From Myxococcota bacterium (GTDB lineage: Bacteria; Myxococcota_A; SURF-8), in the NCBI GenBank assembly GCA_963674735.2, contig CAXXQS010000002.1:1792001-1856000 (forward strand): DNA of 64,000 nucleotides, given 5' to 3'. The position numbers and the translations under genes were made by a program. Shown here piece by piece: positions 18,507-27,984 of this stretch. The notes under the pieces are model-generated. The model did not search any database. It saw nothing but the letters and a program-made list of their open reading frames with translations, and was not told the DNA's origin. Every line of letters starts with the position of its first letter. The first letter of the stretch is position 1.

Positions 18507-18727
18507 CGATCATCCTCCCAACCCAGCCCCACCGGGCGCCATGTTTACCTGCAGCGTATGAGTGGCAGTATGCCTTTCCAGGGTGGCGGCGTCAATGCCA
18601 AAGCACGCTTTTTATGGGTCGGGAAGTTGCTGTTGTGGCGCGGATGCGTTAGAATATCCAATCGGAAACAGGTGCGTATTCTCCAAGCAGTCCACGTACC
18701 GACCCATTCGAGTCGGAGGGAGGCGAG

Positions 18728-21220
18728 ATGCATAGGTGGAGCCTTTTGGACATGACGAAACGCTTGCGTGTGGGACGAGACGGCCGTGTCTTGATCGTGG
18801 CCGTCTGCTCGGCGCTGTTTTTCATGGGTGTCGCAACGGCCGCTCCTGCGGATACGGAAACCCCGACCGACGCGGCGGTTGAAGAAGCTCCGGCCGACGA
18901 TGCGCCCGTTGATGGTGCGGCTATCGCCCCGGTCGAGCCGGTCGATCCGCACCTGGTGATGGCGCAGGCCAAACAGGACTGCGAAATCGGCGATGCTTCG
19001 GCGTGTCTGGCGGTGGGCGAATCGCTGATGATGGGCCGGGCGGGTGTGCAGGACGACAAAGCGGCGCGCCGCTGGCTGCACATGGCCTGCACCGAAAACC
19101 AGTATGGCGGGTGCTATTACCTGGCCGTGCTGTTGGAATACGGTCGGGGCGGGGGAACCCAACCCATCGATGCGGCCAAGCTGTTTAAAAAAGCCTGTCT
19201 GGGCGGTGTTCCCGATGCTTGTCTGGCTATCGCGCGTGTGCGACGCAGTGGCAATGGCGCTCCCAGCGACAAACCCAAAGCGCGTCGGTTGTTTCAAAAG
19301 GCCTGCCACGGACGCAATGCCGAAGCGTGTTTGCGTTTGGGAGAAATGGCGGCGGCGGGTGAAGGCGGAAAGACGGACCGCGATCTGGCGGTCGATCTGC
19401 TCGGTTACGCCTGCGAACGCAGCATCGATGAAGGCTGCTGGCGCAAGGCGGTGCTGCTCGAAGAAATGGATCAGTTCGATGAAGCGCGCTCGTTGTACGG
19501 CTTCAGTTGCGATGTGGGCATCGCGGAGGGCTGCTTGTCGTTGGGTATGATGCTGGTGGAGGGTCGCGGCGGCGATACCGATCCGGCCTCGGCGCGTCAA
19601 CGTTACCTGCAAGCCTGCGACGGTTCGATTTCGGAGGGCTGCTGGCGTTTGTCGCTGATGCACCGCGACGGGATCGGCGGCGAGGTCTCGGCTCCGCAGG
19701 CCCGGTTGTATGCCCTGCGCGCCTGTGATGGCGGCGAAGCGGCGGGCTGTCTGGAACTCGGGCGGGTACTCGATACCGAAACGGCTTCCCCCGCCAAATT
19801 AGGCGAGGCCCGGCGACGTTATTCCAAGGCCTGCGAAGGCGGTATTTTCGAAGCCTGCGCGCGTCTGGCGGACATGCAGGCCGGGGGGCGCGGCGGCAAA
19901 GCCGATACCGAAGGAGCCGAGCGTCACTATGTCATGGCCTGCGACGGCGGCGATCTGGAAGCCTGCTTCTCGTTGGGGCATTTGCTCGATCGTCCCGATG
20001 CGTCCGCCAACCGCCTGATTCGGGCGCGAAAAGCCTATGGACTCGCCTGCAATGACGGCGGGGAAGGCAACATCCCCGAGGGCTGCAGCCGTTTGGCCAG
20101 CCTGCAGGCGGCGGGACGGGGCGGCGCACTCGACATGCGCAAAGCGCGCGGCAATTTCGAGTTGGCCTGCAAAGCCAAAGACAGCCTGGCCTGTTTCCAA
20201 TTGGCGGGCTTGTTCCTAAGCGGCGACGGCGGCGAGAAAGATACCGCCCGTGGCCTGCAAGCCTATGGCGAGGCCTGTACCGGCGGCATTCCCGAGGCCT
20301 GCCACCGCTTGGACGGTCTGACCACCGGAGCAAATAAAAAGAACGAACGTGCCTTGGCACGCAACGGCCTTCTGGCGGCCTGCGACGGCGGCGATATGGG
20401 CGCTTGCTTTTACCTGGGCGACTCCTACGATACCGAGCGGTCAAACGTCGATGAGCAACGCGTGGGCCGTACCTATTTCCAACGCAGTTGCAACGGCGGC
20501 GAATCGGAAGCCTGCGTGCGTCTGGCCTTGATGCTGGTGGCCGGTCGCGGCGGGGTCTCGGACTCGACCGGTGCACGCGAGGCCTTTAAAAAGGCGTGTG
20601 TTCATGGGGGCAATCCGGGCGGTTGTTTTTACTACGGCCAGATGCTGGCGGATGGGACGGGCGGCAAGAAGGACGCAGCCGAGGGGCGGCGCATGTTGGA
20701 GCTGAGTTGCGATAACGATGTGGCCGAAGGCTGCTTCTTTCTCGGACATATGCAAAGCAACGGCGAGGGCGGCATCAAAGACGCCTCTCTGGCGCGAAAT
20801 TCTTACCTCAAAAGCTGCGACCGCGGCATGGCCGCGTCGTGTGCGCGTCTCGGCGAAATGTGGCGCAACGGCGAGGGCGGCGAAAAAGAAGCCCGGCGCG
20901 CGCGCGGGTATTACCGGCGTGCCTGCGTCAACGGCAACGACCCGGATGGCTGTGTGGTTTACGGACAGCTCTGGCGTGTCGGCGAGGGTGGAAAAGCGGA
21001 TCAAGAGCAGGCAATGCGCTATTTCACGCGAGCTTGCAAGGCCGATTACGCCCCCGGTTGTCTGAGTGAGGCGGAATTGCTGGAGCGCACGGCGCAAGGC
21101 CCAATCGAAGCCGACAAGGTTCGCAATCTATACCGCCGTGCCTGTGAATTGGGCGAGGAGTCGGCCTGCGTGAAAATCGGCGCTCCCAAGCCGCAACCGG
21201 CGGCCGACGATCTCGAATAG
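18728..21220 (+). CDS. Secreted Cys-rich Sel1-like repeat protein
   Basis: Signal peptide; 21 repeats of (A/S)C-x7(-11)-C..L(G/A) counted by eye. Confidence 0.9.
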   Translation: MHRWSLLDMTKRLRVGRDGRVLIVAVCSALFFMGVATAAPADTETPTDAAVEEAPADDAPVDGAAIAPVEPVDPHLVMAQAKQDCEIGDASACLAVGESLMMGRAGVQDDKAARRWLHMACTENQYGGCYYLAVLLEYGRGGGTQPIDAAKLFKKACLGGVPDACLAIARVRRSGNGAPSDKPKARRLFQKACHGRNAEACLRLGEMAAAGEGGKTDRDLAVDLLGYACERSIDEGCWRKAVLLEEMDQFDEARSLYGFSCDVGIAEGCLSLGMMLVEGRGGDTDPASARQRYLQACDGSISEGCWRLSLMHRDGIGGEVSAPQARLYALRACDGGEAAGCLELGRVLDTETASPAKLGEARRRYSKACEGGIFEACARLADMQAGGRGGKADTEGAERHYVMACDGGDLEACFSLGHLLDRPDASANRLIRARKAYGLACNDGGEGNIPEGCSRLASLQAAGRGGALDMRKARGNFELACKAKDSLACFQLAGLFLSGDGGEKDTARGLQAYGEACTGGIPEACHRLDGLTTGANKKNERALARNGLLAACDGGDMGACFYLGDSYDTERSNVDEQRVGRTYFQRSCNGGESEACVRLALMLVAGRGGVSDSTGAREAFKKACVHGGNPGGCFYYGQMLADGTGGKKDAAEGRRMLELSCDNDVAEGCFFLGHMQSNGEGGIKDASLARNSYLKSCDRGMAASCARLGEMWRNGEGGEKEARRARGYYRRACVNGNDPDGCVVYGQLWRVGEGGKADQEQAMRYFTRACKADYAPGCLSEAELLERTAQGPIEADKVRNLYRRACELGEESACVKIGAPKPQPAADDLE

Positions 21221-21386
21221 GGAGGAGCCGGGCTCCTTCTCAGATCCGGATGGCGTCTCCGGTCGGTCAGAATCCAATCCGCCAGCTTGAAATGGGGGAA
21301 ATACGTCGGAGGCGTCGGTGTTTTTCGTTGGAAGTGTTCATATTCTTAACGCAATCAAAAAAATATGTAAAATAGAGTCTTTTTTT

Positions 21387-21413
21387 TCAAGACTTTTCCA
21401 ATTATGCCGATTA
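21387..21413 (+). promoter_or_regulatory. Sigma28 (FliA) promoter of flagellin
   Basis: TCAA-N15-GCCGATTA vs consensus TAAA-N15-GCCGATAA. Confidence 0.8.
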
Positions 21414-21458
21414 CCTAATTAGTAGGGTGTGCCAGCACCAAGATAAACTGGCTAGGCA

Positions 21459-21479
21459 AATCGGCAAGGGATGCCGATT
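21459..21479 (+). promoter_or_regulatory. Putative CsrA-binding hairpin in flagellin leader
   Basis: AATCGGCA-AGGGA-TGCCGATT with GGA in the loop; second ACGGAGG overlaps the RBS. Confidence 0.6.
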
Positions 21480-21498
21480 CCCGATCACGGAGGACACG

Positions 21499-22320
21499 AT
21501 GGGATTCAAAATCCAAAATAATCTCCAAGCCGTATCTTCGTTAAACAACGTCGAAAAAACCCAAAAATTGATGAGCAAGCTGGTGGAGCGGCTGGCTTCG
21601 GGTGAACGGAGCAGCAGCGCCGCCGACGACGCGTCGGGAATGGCCGCCTCCTCGCGGATGCGGGCAGAGGTGGCATCGATGGAAGCCGCTTCGCGCAACA
21701 TTCAGATCGCCGAGACGACCGCCCAGGCGGCGGACGGGGTGATCAACCAAATCGAGCAGATGGCCGAGCGCATGCGTGAATTGGCCGTACAGGCGGGGCA
21801 TGTGGGAGCCGACCGGAACGCGCTCGACGGCGAGGCGCAGCAGCTCATGGCGGAAATGAATCGCACGGCCGCCTCGGCTTCGTTCAACGGCGAACCGCTG
21901 TTCGATGGCAACTTCAGCCAGGCGATACAAGTGGGCGGTGAAAACAATGCCGACAGTCGCATCGAGATGTCTCTGCCGAACCTGAGCACTCAGGCTTTGG
22001 CCGGCGGGCAGGCGTTCAGCGTCAATCTGCAGTCGCCCGAAGGGGCGCGCGCCGCGCTCGACAGCATCACCAGCGTGCTCGACACCCTTTCCGAGAGCCG
22101 CGGTGAAATCGGCAGCATCAGCAATCGTCTGGCGGTGGCCGAAACCAACCTGACGGTGCAGATCGAAAACAAGGTGGCCAGCGAGTCGGTGATTCGCGAC
22201 GCGGATATCGCCAGTGAAATCGCCGACTTCACCAAAACGCAGATCATGCAGGACGCCAGCTTGGCCATTCACGCGCAAGCCAGCGTGGCCCCGGCCAAGG
22301 TTCTCGAACTGCTGAAGTAA
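21499..22320 (+). CDS. fliC: Flagellin (minimal, 273 aa)
   Basis: ERLASG..AADDASG, RMRELAVQA, FNG..LFDG, IQVG, RGEIGSISNRL, SVIRDADIASE, VLELLK. Confidence 0.88.
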   Translation: MGFKIQNNLQAVSSLNNVEKTQKLMSKLVERLASGERSSSAADDASGMAASSRMRAEVASMEAASRNIQIAETTAQAADGVINQIEQMAERMRELAVQAGHVGADRNALDGEAQQLMAEMNRTAASASFNGEPLFDGNFSQAIQVGGENNADSRIEMSLPNLSTQALAGGQAFSVNLQSPEGARAALDSITSVLDTLSESRGEIGSISNRLAVAETNLTVQIENKVASESVIRDADIASEIADFTKTQIMQDASLAIHAQASVAPAKVLELLK

Positions 22321-22368
22321 ACCCGTTCGCAGGACTTCCCAGTCCTCACGACAAAACGGCCCTTATGT

Positions 22369-22392
22369 GCCCCCTTATCGGGGGCTTTTTTT
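22369..22392 (+). terminator. Rho-independent terminator after flagellin
   Basis: GCCCCC-TTATC-GGGGGC followed by T7. Confidence 0.85.
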
Positions 22393-22653
22393 GTGAATTC
22401 CATCGAAAAAGACCGGGAGTCGGGTGGGACTCCGATCCTCGATCCGGCTTGGAGTCGCGGAAACGAGTGTGTGTGGCGGTTTGTTTGGATGCTCTCTGCA
22501 TTGATGTTAAACAATGTTATCGTTTCGTATAGAAATGGTGTAACTATTTGCAGTTGCTAACTAATTTAAAAATTATATTAACTATAGCGCTCTGTGTAGG
22601 AGAGCGAAATGTGAAGAGAAGGAAGAACTTGGGCTTGCCGCGCCTCTAAGCTG

Positions 22654-22671
22654 TTGGTATGCTTTCCGCAT
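22654..22671 (+). promoter_or_regulatory. Putative sigma54 -24/-12 promoter
   Basis: TTGGTATGCTTTCCGCAT has GG-N10-GC spacing; AT-rich IHF-like tracts at 22541-22570. Confidence 0.45.
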
Positions 22672-22707
22672 CGTGTACGACTTTGGACCCTGGACAGGAG
22701 GATTGCC

Positions 22708-22920
22708 ATGAAAAAGCTGTTGGCCATCGCGATTGTGGCGCTGTTTCTCGCGCCGACCTTCAACGCCGTTGCCGCTGAAAAAGCCCCCGCTTTCAAGAAA
22801 GCCCCCGTGGTGAAGAGCGATGATCAGGCGCGCCACAAGATTCATCCGCAGATGGATCGCCAAAACCACGAGCCGCCCTATGTTCGCTGGCTCAAGTGGC
22901 GGATGCACCACGCGCGCTAA
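22708..22920 (+). CDS. Small secreted peptide (70 aa)
   Basis: RBS AGGAGG; MKKLLAIAIVALFLAPTFNAVAA signal peptide. Confidence 0.8.
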   Translation: MKKLLAIAIVALFLAPTFNAVAAEKAPAFKKAPVVKSDDQARHKIHPQMDRQNHEPPYVRWLKWRMHHAR

Positions 22921-23077
22921 GCGGTACTTCCCGGCTCCTGCGGCGGGCGGTCCGAGCCGCCTGCCGACTTTCCCCTCTAAGCGACGGATACCGCCGGTAT
23001 CCGTTGCGCTTTCATGTGTTGATTAACCGAGACATTTCAGACGGTGGGCGTTTTGTCGCGTTCATCGCGCGGGTTGC

Positions 23078-25369
23078 TCAATGGGCCGCCAGCGGATCGT
23101 CGAGAGGTTCAAGGCCGTCGCCGCACTCGTTGGGACCGAGGGCTTGGACGACCCGCTTGAAGCGGTCGCCGCGCTGGTAATATTTTTCGCCCGCCGGAGA
23201 GGCGCAGGCCGGGGAGAACAACACGGCTTCACCGCTGCGGGCGTCGTCGGCGGCGGCGCGGGTGGCGCTTTCCAGATCGGTGTAGCGTTTGACGGAAATC
23301 GGGGGGGCCAACGCGCAAAAAGCGGCGTCGAGGGCAGACGCCACGTCGCCGAACAGGTAGGCGGCGGCAACGCGTCCGCTGCAGGCGCGCGCGACGTCAT
23401 CGAAGGCGGTGCCCTTGTTGACGCCGCCGGCCACCAGTCGAATGGGCATCGTGAGCGCTTCGACGGCCTTGATGGTGGCGTCGGGATTGGTGCCCTTGGA
23501 GTCGTCGTAGAAATCCACCCCCTGGTGGCGGTGGAAGTGTTCGATGCGGTAGCGCACGCCGCTGAAACCCTGCACCACGTCGGTCAGCGTGCTATCCGAA
23601 ACCCCCAGCAGATAGGCCGCCAAGGCCGAGCCCATCAGGTTTTCCAGGTTGTGTTCGCCGGTGAATCGGCGGGTATGCATGAACGCGGGAAAGCGCCATT
23701 CGGGCCGCGCGCCGTAGCGCAGCACCAGGTCGGGACCCTCGATAAACGCGCCGTGCTCCAGGCGTCGACTGCGCGAGAAGGGCACCATGCGGGCGCGGCA
23801 GCCTTGGGGCAACAGCGTGTTGACGATGGGTTCCGAATCGATGTTGTAGACGGCGAAGGCGGCCTTGTCCAAGAGGGTGAACAGCCGTCCCTTGGCCAGG
23901 GTATAGCCGCGCAGATCGCCGTGGCGGTCGAGGTGATCGGGGGTGATGTTGAGCAGGATGGCCGCTTCCACCGGCAGGGCGGTCAGCTCTTCCAGCTGAA
24001 AACTCGACAATTCGATGGCGCAGACGGAGTTTTCGCCGAGCTTGGGCAGATCGTCCAGAACGGGACGGCCGATGTTGCCCACCAGATGCACGTCGCTTCC
24101 GTATTCACGCTCGAAAAAGCGGTGCGTCAACAGGGTGGTGGTGGTTTTGCCGTTGGTGCCCGAGATGGCCACCTTACGGCCGGGAGCGCGGCGTAAAAAG
24201 AGATCGATGTCGCCCATCACCGGCACGCCGCGACTGCGAGCACGGGCGAATGCGGGGCGATCGGCCGGAACGCCCGGTGAGCGCAGGACCACATCGGCGC
24301 GCCACACGCCATCGAGATACTGTTCACCGGTGATGATTTCAAGGTCGTGAAAGGTGGGGGCCGCGTTTGCAACGTCGCGCTCGATTGCGAGACGGGCTGC
24401 GGGGTCGGCGTCGCGCACGACCAGCCGCGCGGGCCGGTGGCGCAACACGTGGCGTAACAGGCTGCGGCCCGTCGCGCCATAGCCCACGATCTCGACCTGC
24501 TTGCCCGAAAGATCGTTGCGGATGTCCACCTGACGTACCTGGAAGCGGTCGCCCAGGCCCATGCGGGTCAGTTGGGCGATGATGTCCGCCTGCGGGCCGT
24601 TGGTGAAAATACGCGCCGTGTTTTTAGGGGCGTCGCCGTTTGTGTTCGCAGGCGCGTCGAGGGCGCGCACCTTCAGGTAGTCGCGCACGAAGTAAGCCAG
24701 CGAGATGGCCGGATTGATGATGGCGCAGGCGGGACCAACCGCCTCCCGGATCTCGTCGGCGAGACGCGGAAAATGGGTGCAGCCCAGAAACAGGGCGTCC
24801 GGGGGCGGGTCGAGCTGCGGCCCCAGAACCTCGGTCACCGATTGGCGGCGCAACGCGCTTTCGCGGATCGGGTCGGGATCGGGACGTTCCACCCGCTGCA
24901 CCCAGCCTGCCGCCGGAAGACTCACCGTTTGCGCTTCGGGCAGGATTGCGTTGAGCAGGCGCGGATAGACGCCGCTTTCCATCGTGAGGCGCGTGCCCGT
25001 CAGCAGCACCCGTTTGGGTCGACAGGCCACCAGTTCCAAAAGCGCACCCGCCGAGGCAATGGGCACAACATCCACCCCGGCGCGGCGCAGATGCCGTTTG
25101 AGCGGATGGGACTCGGGCAGGGCGTCGAAGACGACCGAGGCGGTATGGCAGGCGATGACCAGCAGTTTGACCCGTCGCAGCAACATGCCCTCGATGATCT
25201 CGCTTAAAAAACGCTCGATTTCTGCGGCCCGGCGCTCGCCGTAGGGATTGTTAACCGTATCGGCGAAATAGTAGATCTCTTCATCCGGTAGAATGCGTTG
25301 CAGTTGGTCGAGCAACTCCAAACCGCCCACGCCGGAATCGAAAACTCCGATGCGATCGTGACGATTCAT
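23078..25369 (-). CDS. murI-murD: Fusion of glutamate racemase (MurI) and MurD-type ligase
   Basis: IGVFDSGVGG, IACHTAS, LGCTHFP; then SPGVP, GTNGKTTT, ELSSFQLE, NITPDHLDRH, DSKGTN, SPACAS in one uninterrupted frame. Confidence 0.92.
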   Translation of the reverse strand: MNRHDRIGVFDSGVGGLELLDQLQRILPDEEIYYFADTVNNPYGERRAAEIERFLSEIIEGMLLRRVKLLVIACHTASVVFDALPESHPLKRHLRRAGVDVVPIASAGALLELVACRPKRVLLTGTRLTMESGVYPRLLNAILPEAQTVSLPAAGWVQRVERPDPDPIRESALRRQSVTEVLGPQLDPPPDALFLGCTHFPRLADEIREAVGPACAIINPAISLAYFVRDYLKVRALDAPANTNGDAPKNTARIFTNGPQADIIAQLTRMGLGDRFQVRQVDIRNDLSGKQVEIVGYGATGRSLLRHVLRHRPARLVVRDADPAARLAIERDVANAAPTFHDLEIITGEQYLDGVWRADVVLRSPGVPADRPAFARARSRGVPVMGDIDLFLRRAPGRKVAISGTNGKTTTTLLTHRFFEREYGSDVHLVGNIGRPVLDDLPKLGENSVCAIELSSFQLEELTALPVEAAILLNITPDHLDRHGDLRGYTLAKGRLFTLLDKAAFAVYNIDSEPIVNTLLPQGCRARMVPFSRSRRLEHGAFIEGPDLVLRYGARPEWRFPAFMHTRRFTGEHNLENLMGSALAAYLLGVSDSTLTDVVQGFSGVRYRIEHFHRHQGVDFYDDSKGTNPDATIKAVEALTMPIRLVAGGVNKGTAFDDVARACSGRVAAAYLFGDVASALDAAFCALAPPISVKRYTDLESATRAAADDARSGEAVLFSPACASPAGEKYYQRGDRFKRVVQALGPNECGDGLEPLDDPLAAH

Positions 25370-27984
25370 GGAGTGGCTTCCTTGTTTTCAACGGTGGCTT
25401 GAGATTCGGTCAAGGTTTGAATTTTCCGTTTCAGATCGGGGTGGCGGTCGCCGAGATTCCAGGCGCGTTGGTAATGCATCAGGGCCTGCTTGACGTTTTC
25501 CTGCGCTTCGAAAGTGGCGGCGATACGTCGGTGGATGCCGCTGTTTTGCGGCTCGTAAACGAGGGCCTGTTCATACTCGCGCCGGGCGTCGGTGAAGCGG
25601 CCGCGTGCTTCGTCGATTTCGGCCGACAGGATAAAGGCGTTGGTGCGGTTCGAGGGGTGTTTCCAGGCCACCCCGTAAATGCGTAAGGACAGATCCTCGG
25701 CTTCGTCCAGGCGCCCCAGTCGGATCAGGGCGCGCGCCTCATAGAACCATGCGCCCAGATTGATGGGTTTGTAACGTTCGGCGCGCTTATACCAGATCAG
25801 GGCTTGCTCGTATTCGGCACGCCGGAAAAAGATTTCCGCCCGTAATTGGTAGCCTTCGTGCTGCTTGGGGAAATGACGGATGAGCCGATCGGCCACCTGT
25901 TCGGCGCGTTGCAACTCCCCGTTGTCGAGATCGATCTTGCCGATCAGGAATTCGATTTCCCGGTCGTTGCCGTCTTTGTCGGTGTGGTCGGCCAACAGGC
26001 GGCGCGCCGGGGCGTAGGCGTTGTGTTGCACCAGGAAACGCGCCAGTTCCACGCAGCGTTCCCGATTGTCGGTGACGGTTTGAATCAGCTCCTCCGGCCG
26101 CAGGCCGACCCGCAGCATGTCGCTCCACAAGTCGGCGAGCGGGATGTGGGCCTCGGTTTTTTGCAGGGCTGTCCGATACGCGTTCGTTGCGCTATCGCGG
26201 TTATCCATCTGGGCCAGCGCGCGGCCGAGATAGCGATCGACCAGCGGATCGCTGGGATTCAATTCACCGGCCTTGCGCAGGTGTTGCAATTTCAACGGCA
26301 ACGCGCTGTACGAGCCGGACGGGTAGCGTTGCGAGGCCAGTAGATGCAGGTAGAAATCGGCCGGGTGACGCTTCAAGGTGGCTTGCAGGCGCTCATCGAA
26401 GGCTGCCTGCGGTGTGGTGGCATCATAGACTGCGGCATGCAGGCGCGCCTGATCGCGGGGCAGGCGATAGCGAATCCAGGTCGCTTCGCCGACCAGCGCC
26501 GTGACGACCGCCACCAGTGTAAACACGATCAAAAGCCCGGTCGGCAACGCGCGCGCCTTAAACCAGCGGCTGGGTTCGCGTTCCGTAATCCGCAGCGTCA
26601 GCATGCCCAGCATGGCCATGAAGGGGACGGCGATGGCGAAGGTGCTCAGATTGAAATCGACGTAATTGTGAATGGCGATGACGAACAGAGCGCAGACCGT
26701 AGCCATTTCGATGCGCTTCAAATGCCGCCGTCGCAGAATCAGGATGAACGCCAGGGCGATCGACAGCACAACCAGTCCGCCCACCACCAGCCCCGATTCG
26801 GCCAGGGTTTGCAAAACGATGTTTTCGGGGTAGACGAACAGGCGGTCGTGGCGGGTGGTTTTGTAGATGGGGTAGGCGACTTTGAAGCTTTCCGCCCCGA
26901 TGCCGGTCAGCGCGTAGCGGTGCGCCAGGTCGGCCGTGTCTTCCCAGAGAGTGGGTTTGGCCGATACCGCCGACCCGGCTTCGTCTTCGAGCACGGCGAA
27001 TTCATGAGTGATTTCGTGCAGCGCCAGCCAGGCCGACAAAAGCAGAACGGCCAAAACCGCCGCCTGCACCCAGACGATCTTGCGGCGGTCGGTTTTGCGT
27101 CGCCACATCAAAATCGCCAATAACGCCTGTCCGGCGATGAAAGCGATGATACCCCCGCGTGAAAGCGACAGAAACACGCCCACCGACGTGATGATGGCCA
27201 GCACCAGAAAAACCAGCCGCTGCTGGCGGTTGACGGATTTGAGGGCGAAGCCGATTTGCAGCGGGACGCACATGCCCAGAAAACCGGCCAGATTGTTGGG
27301 ATTGACGAAGCTGGCGAAGAAGAAGGGCGGCTCCTGGGCGAAGGGAATCAGTCCGAATACTTTATCGAGTCCCAGCGACTTCTGAACGAAGCCGATCATG
27401 GCCAGTAAAAAACCCATCACGGCCAGCGTTTTCAAGAAGCGCATCATGCGTTCGTCGTGGGCCAGGAGGTTACCGCCCAGCAGATACACCATCAGCAGGG
27501 TGAAAAAGCCCGAAACCCCCAGCCAGGTTTCGACCGGATCGAGCGAGAGCGGCCGCCATTGCCCTTGGCCGTAAAGACCGAGGGATTCCAGCGAGATGCG
27601 GAAGATGCGATCGGCTTCGGGCGACAGCGAGGCCAGCAGGCTTTGCGGCAGCGGCATAAGCTGAAAGAGCGTGAACAGCGCCCCGCCGAGTAAGACGATG
27701 AACAGCCCGGTGGTTTTCAAGCGCACGTCCGCAAACAGGAGTTGGACCACGTAGGCGGTGAACAGTCCCGTGATGACGAGACGGGCCGCGAACATGGGCC
27801 AGGGCCGAGTGGTGGTGGTGCCGAGCATCAGTGGCAGCAGGACGACCAGAGCCAATAGGCCGATTTCGACGATGTGCTCGATGCGGCCCGGCTGTACCAA
27901 GTCGCGTGTGCGGCGGTTGCGGCGTTTGGTCACTTTTTTGAGCGGCATAAGGCTGCCTTGGCTCGGGTTTAGCGAACGGGCCAA
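25366..27984 (-). CDS. O-antigen ligase/Wzy_C-family membrane protein with C-terminal TPR repeats
   Basis: SFVNPNNLAGFL, SLSRGG, TGIGAESF, PENIVLQTLAESGLVVG, HNYVDFNL; TPR-like helices in the C-terminal ~350 aa. Confidence 0.87.
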   Translation of the reverse strand: MARSLNPSQGSLMPLKKVTKRRNRRTRDLVQPGRIEHIVEIGLLALVVLLPLMLGTTTTRPWPMFAARLVITGLFTAYVVQLLFADVRLKTTGLFIVLLGGALFTLFQLMPLPQSLLASLSPEADRIFRISLESLGLYGQGQWRPLSLDPVETWLGVSGFFTLLMVYLLGGNLLAHDERMMRFLKTLAVMGFLLAMIGFVQKSLGLDKVFGLIPFAQEPPFFFASFVNPNNLAGFLGMCVPLQIGFALKSVNRQQRLVFLVLAIITSVGVFLSLSRGGIIAFIAGQALLAILMWRRKTDRRKIVWVQAAVLAVLLLSAWLALHEITHEFAVLEDEAGSAVSAKPTLWEDTADLAHRYALTGIGAESFKVAYPIYKTTRHDRLFVYPENIVLQTLAESGLVVGGLVVLSIALAFILILRRRHLKRIEMATVCALFVIAIHNYVDFNLSTFAIAVPFMAMLGMLTLRITEREPSRWFKARALPTGLLIVFTLVAVVTALVGEATWIRYRLPRDQARLHAAVYDATTPQAAFDERLQATLKRHPADFYLHLLASQRYPSGSYSALPLKLQHLRKAGELNPSDPLVDRYLGRALAQMDNRDSATNAYRTALQKTEAHIPLADLWSDMLRVGLRPEELIQTVTDNRERCVELARFLVQHNAYAPARRLLADHTDKDGNDREIEFLIGKIDLDNGELQRAEQVADRLIRHFPKQHEGYQLRAEIFFRRAEYEQALIWYKRAERYKPINLGAWFYEARALIRLGRLDEAEDLSLRIYGVAWKHPSNRTNAFILSAEIDEARGRFTDARREYEQALVYEPQNSGIHRRIAATFEAQENVKQALMHYQRAWNLGDRHPDLKRKIQTLTESQATVENKEATP

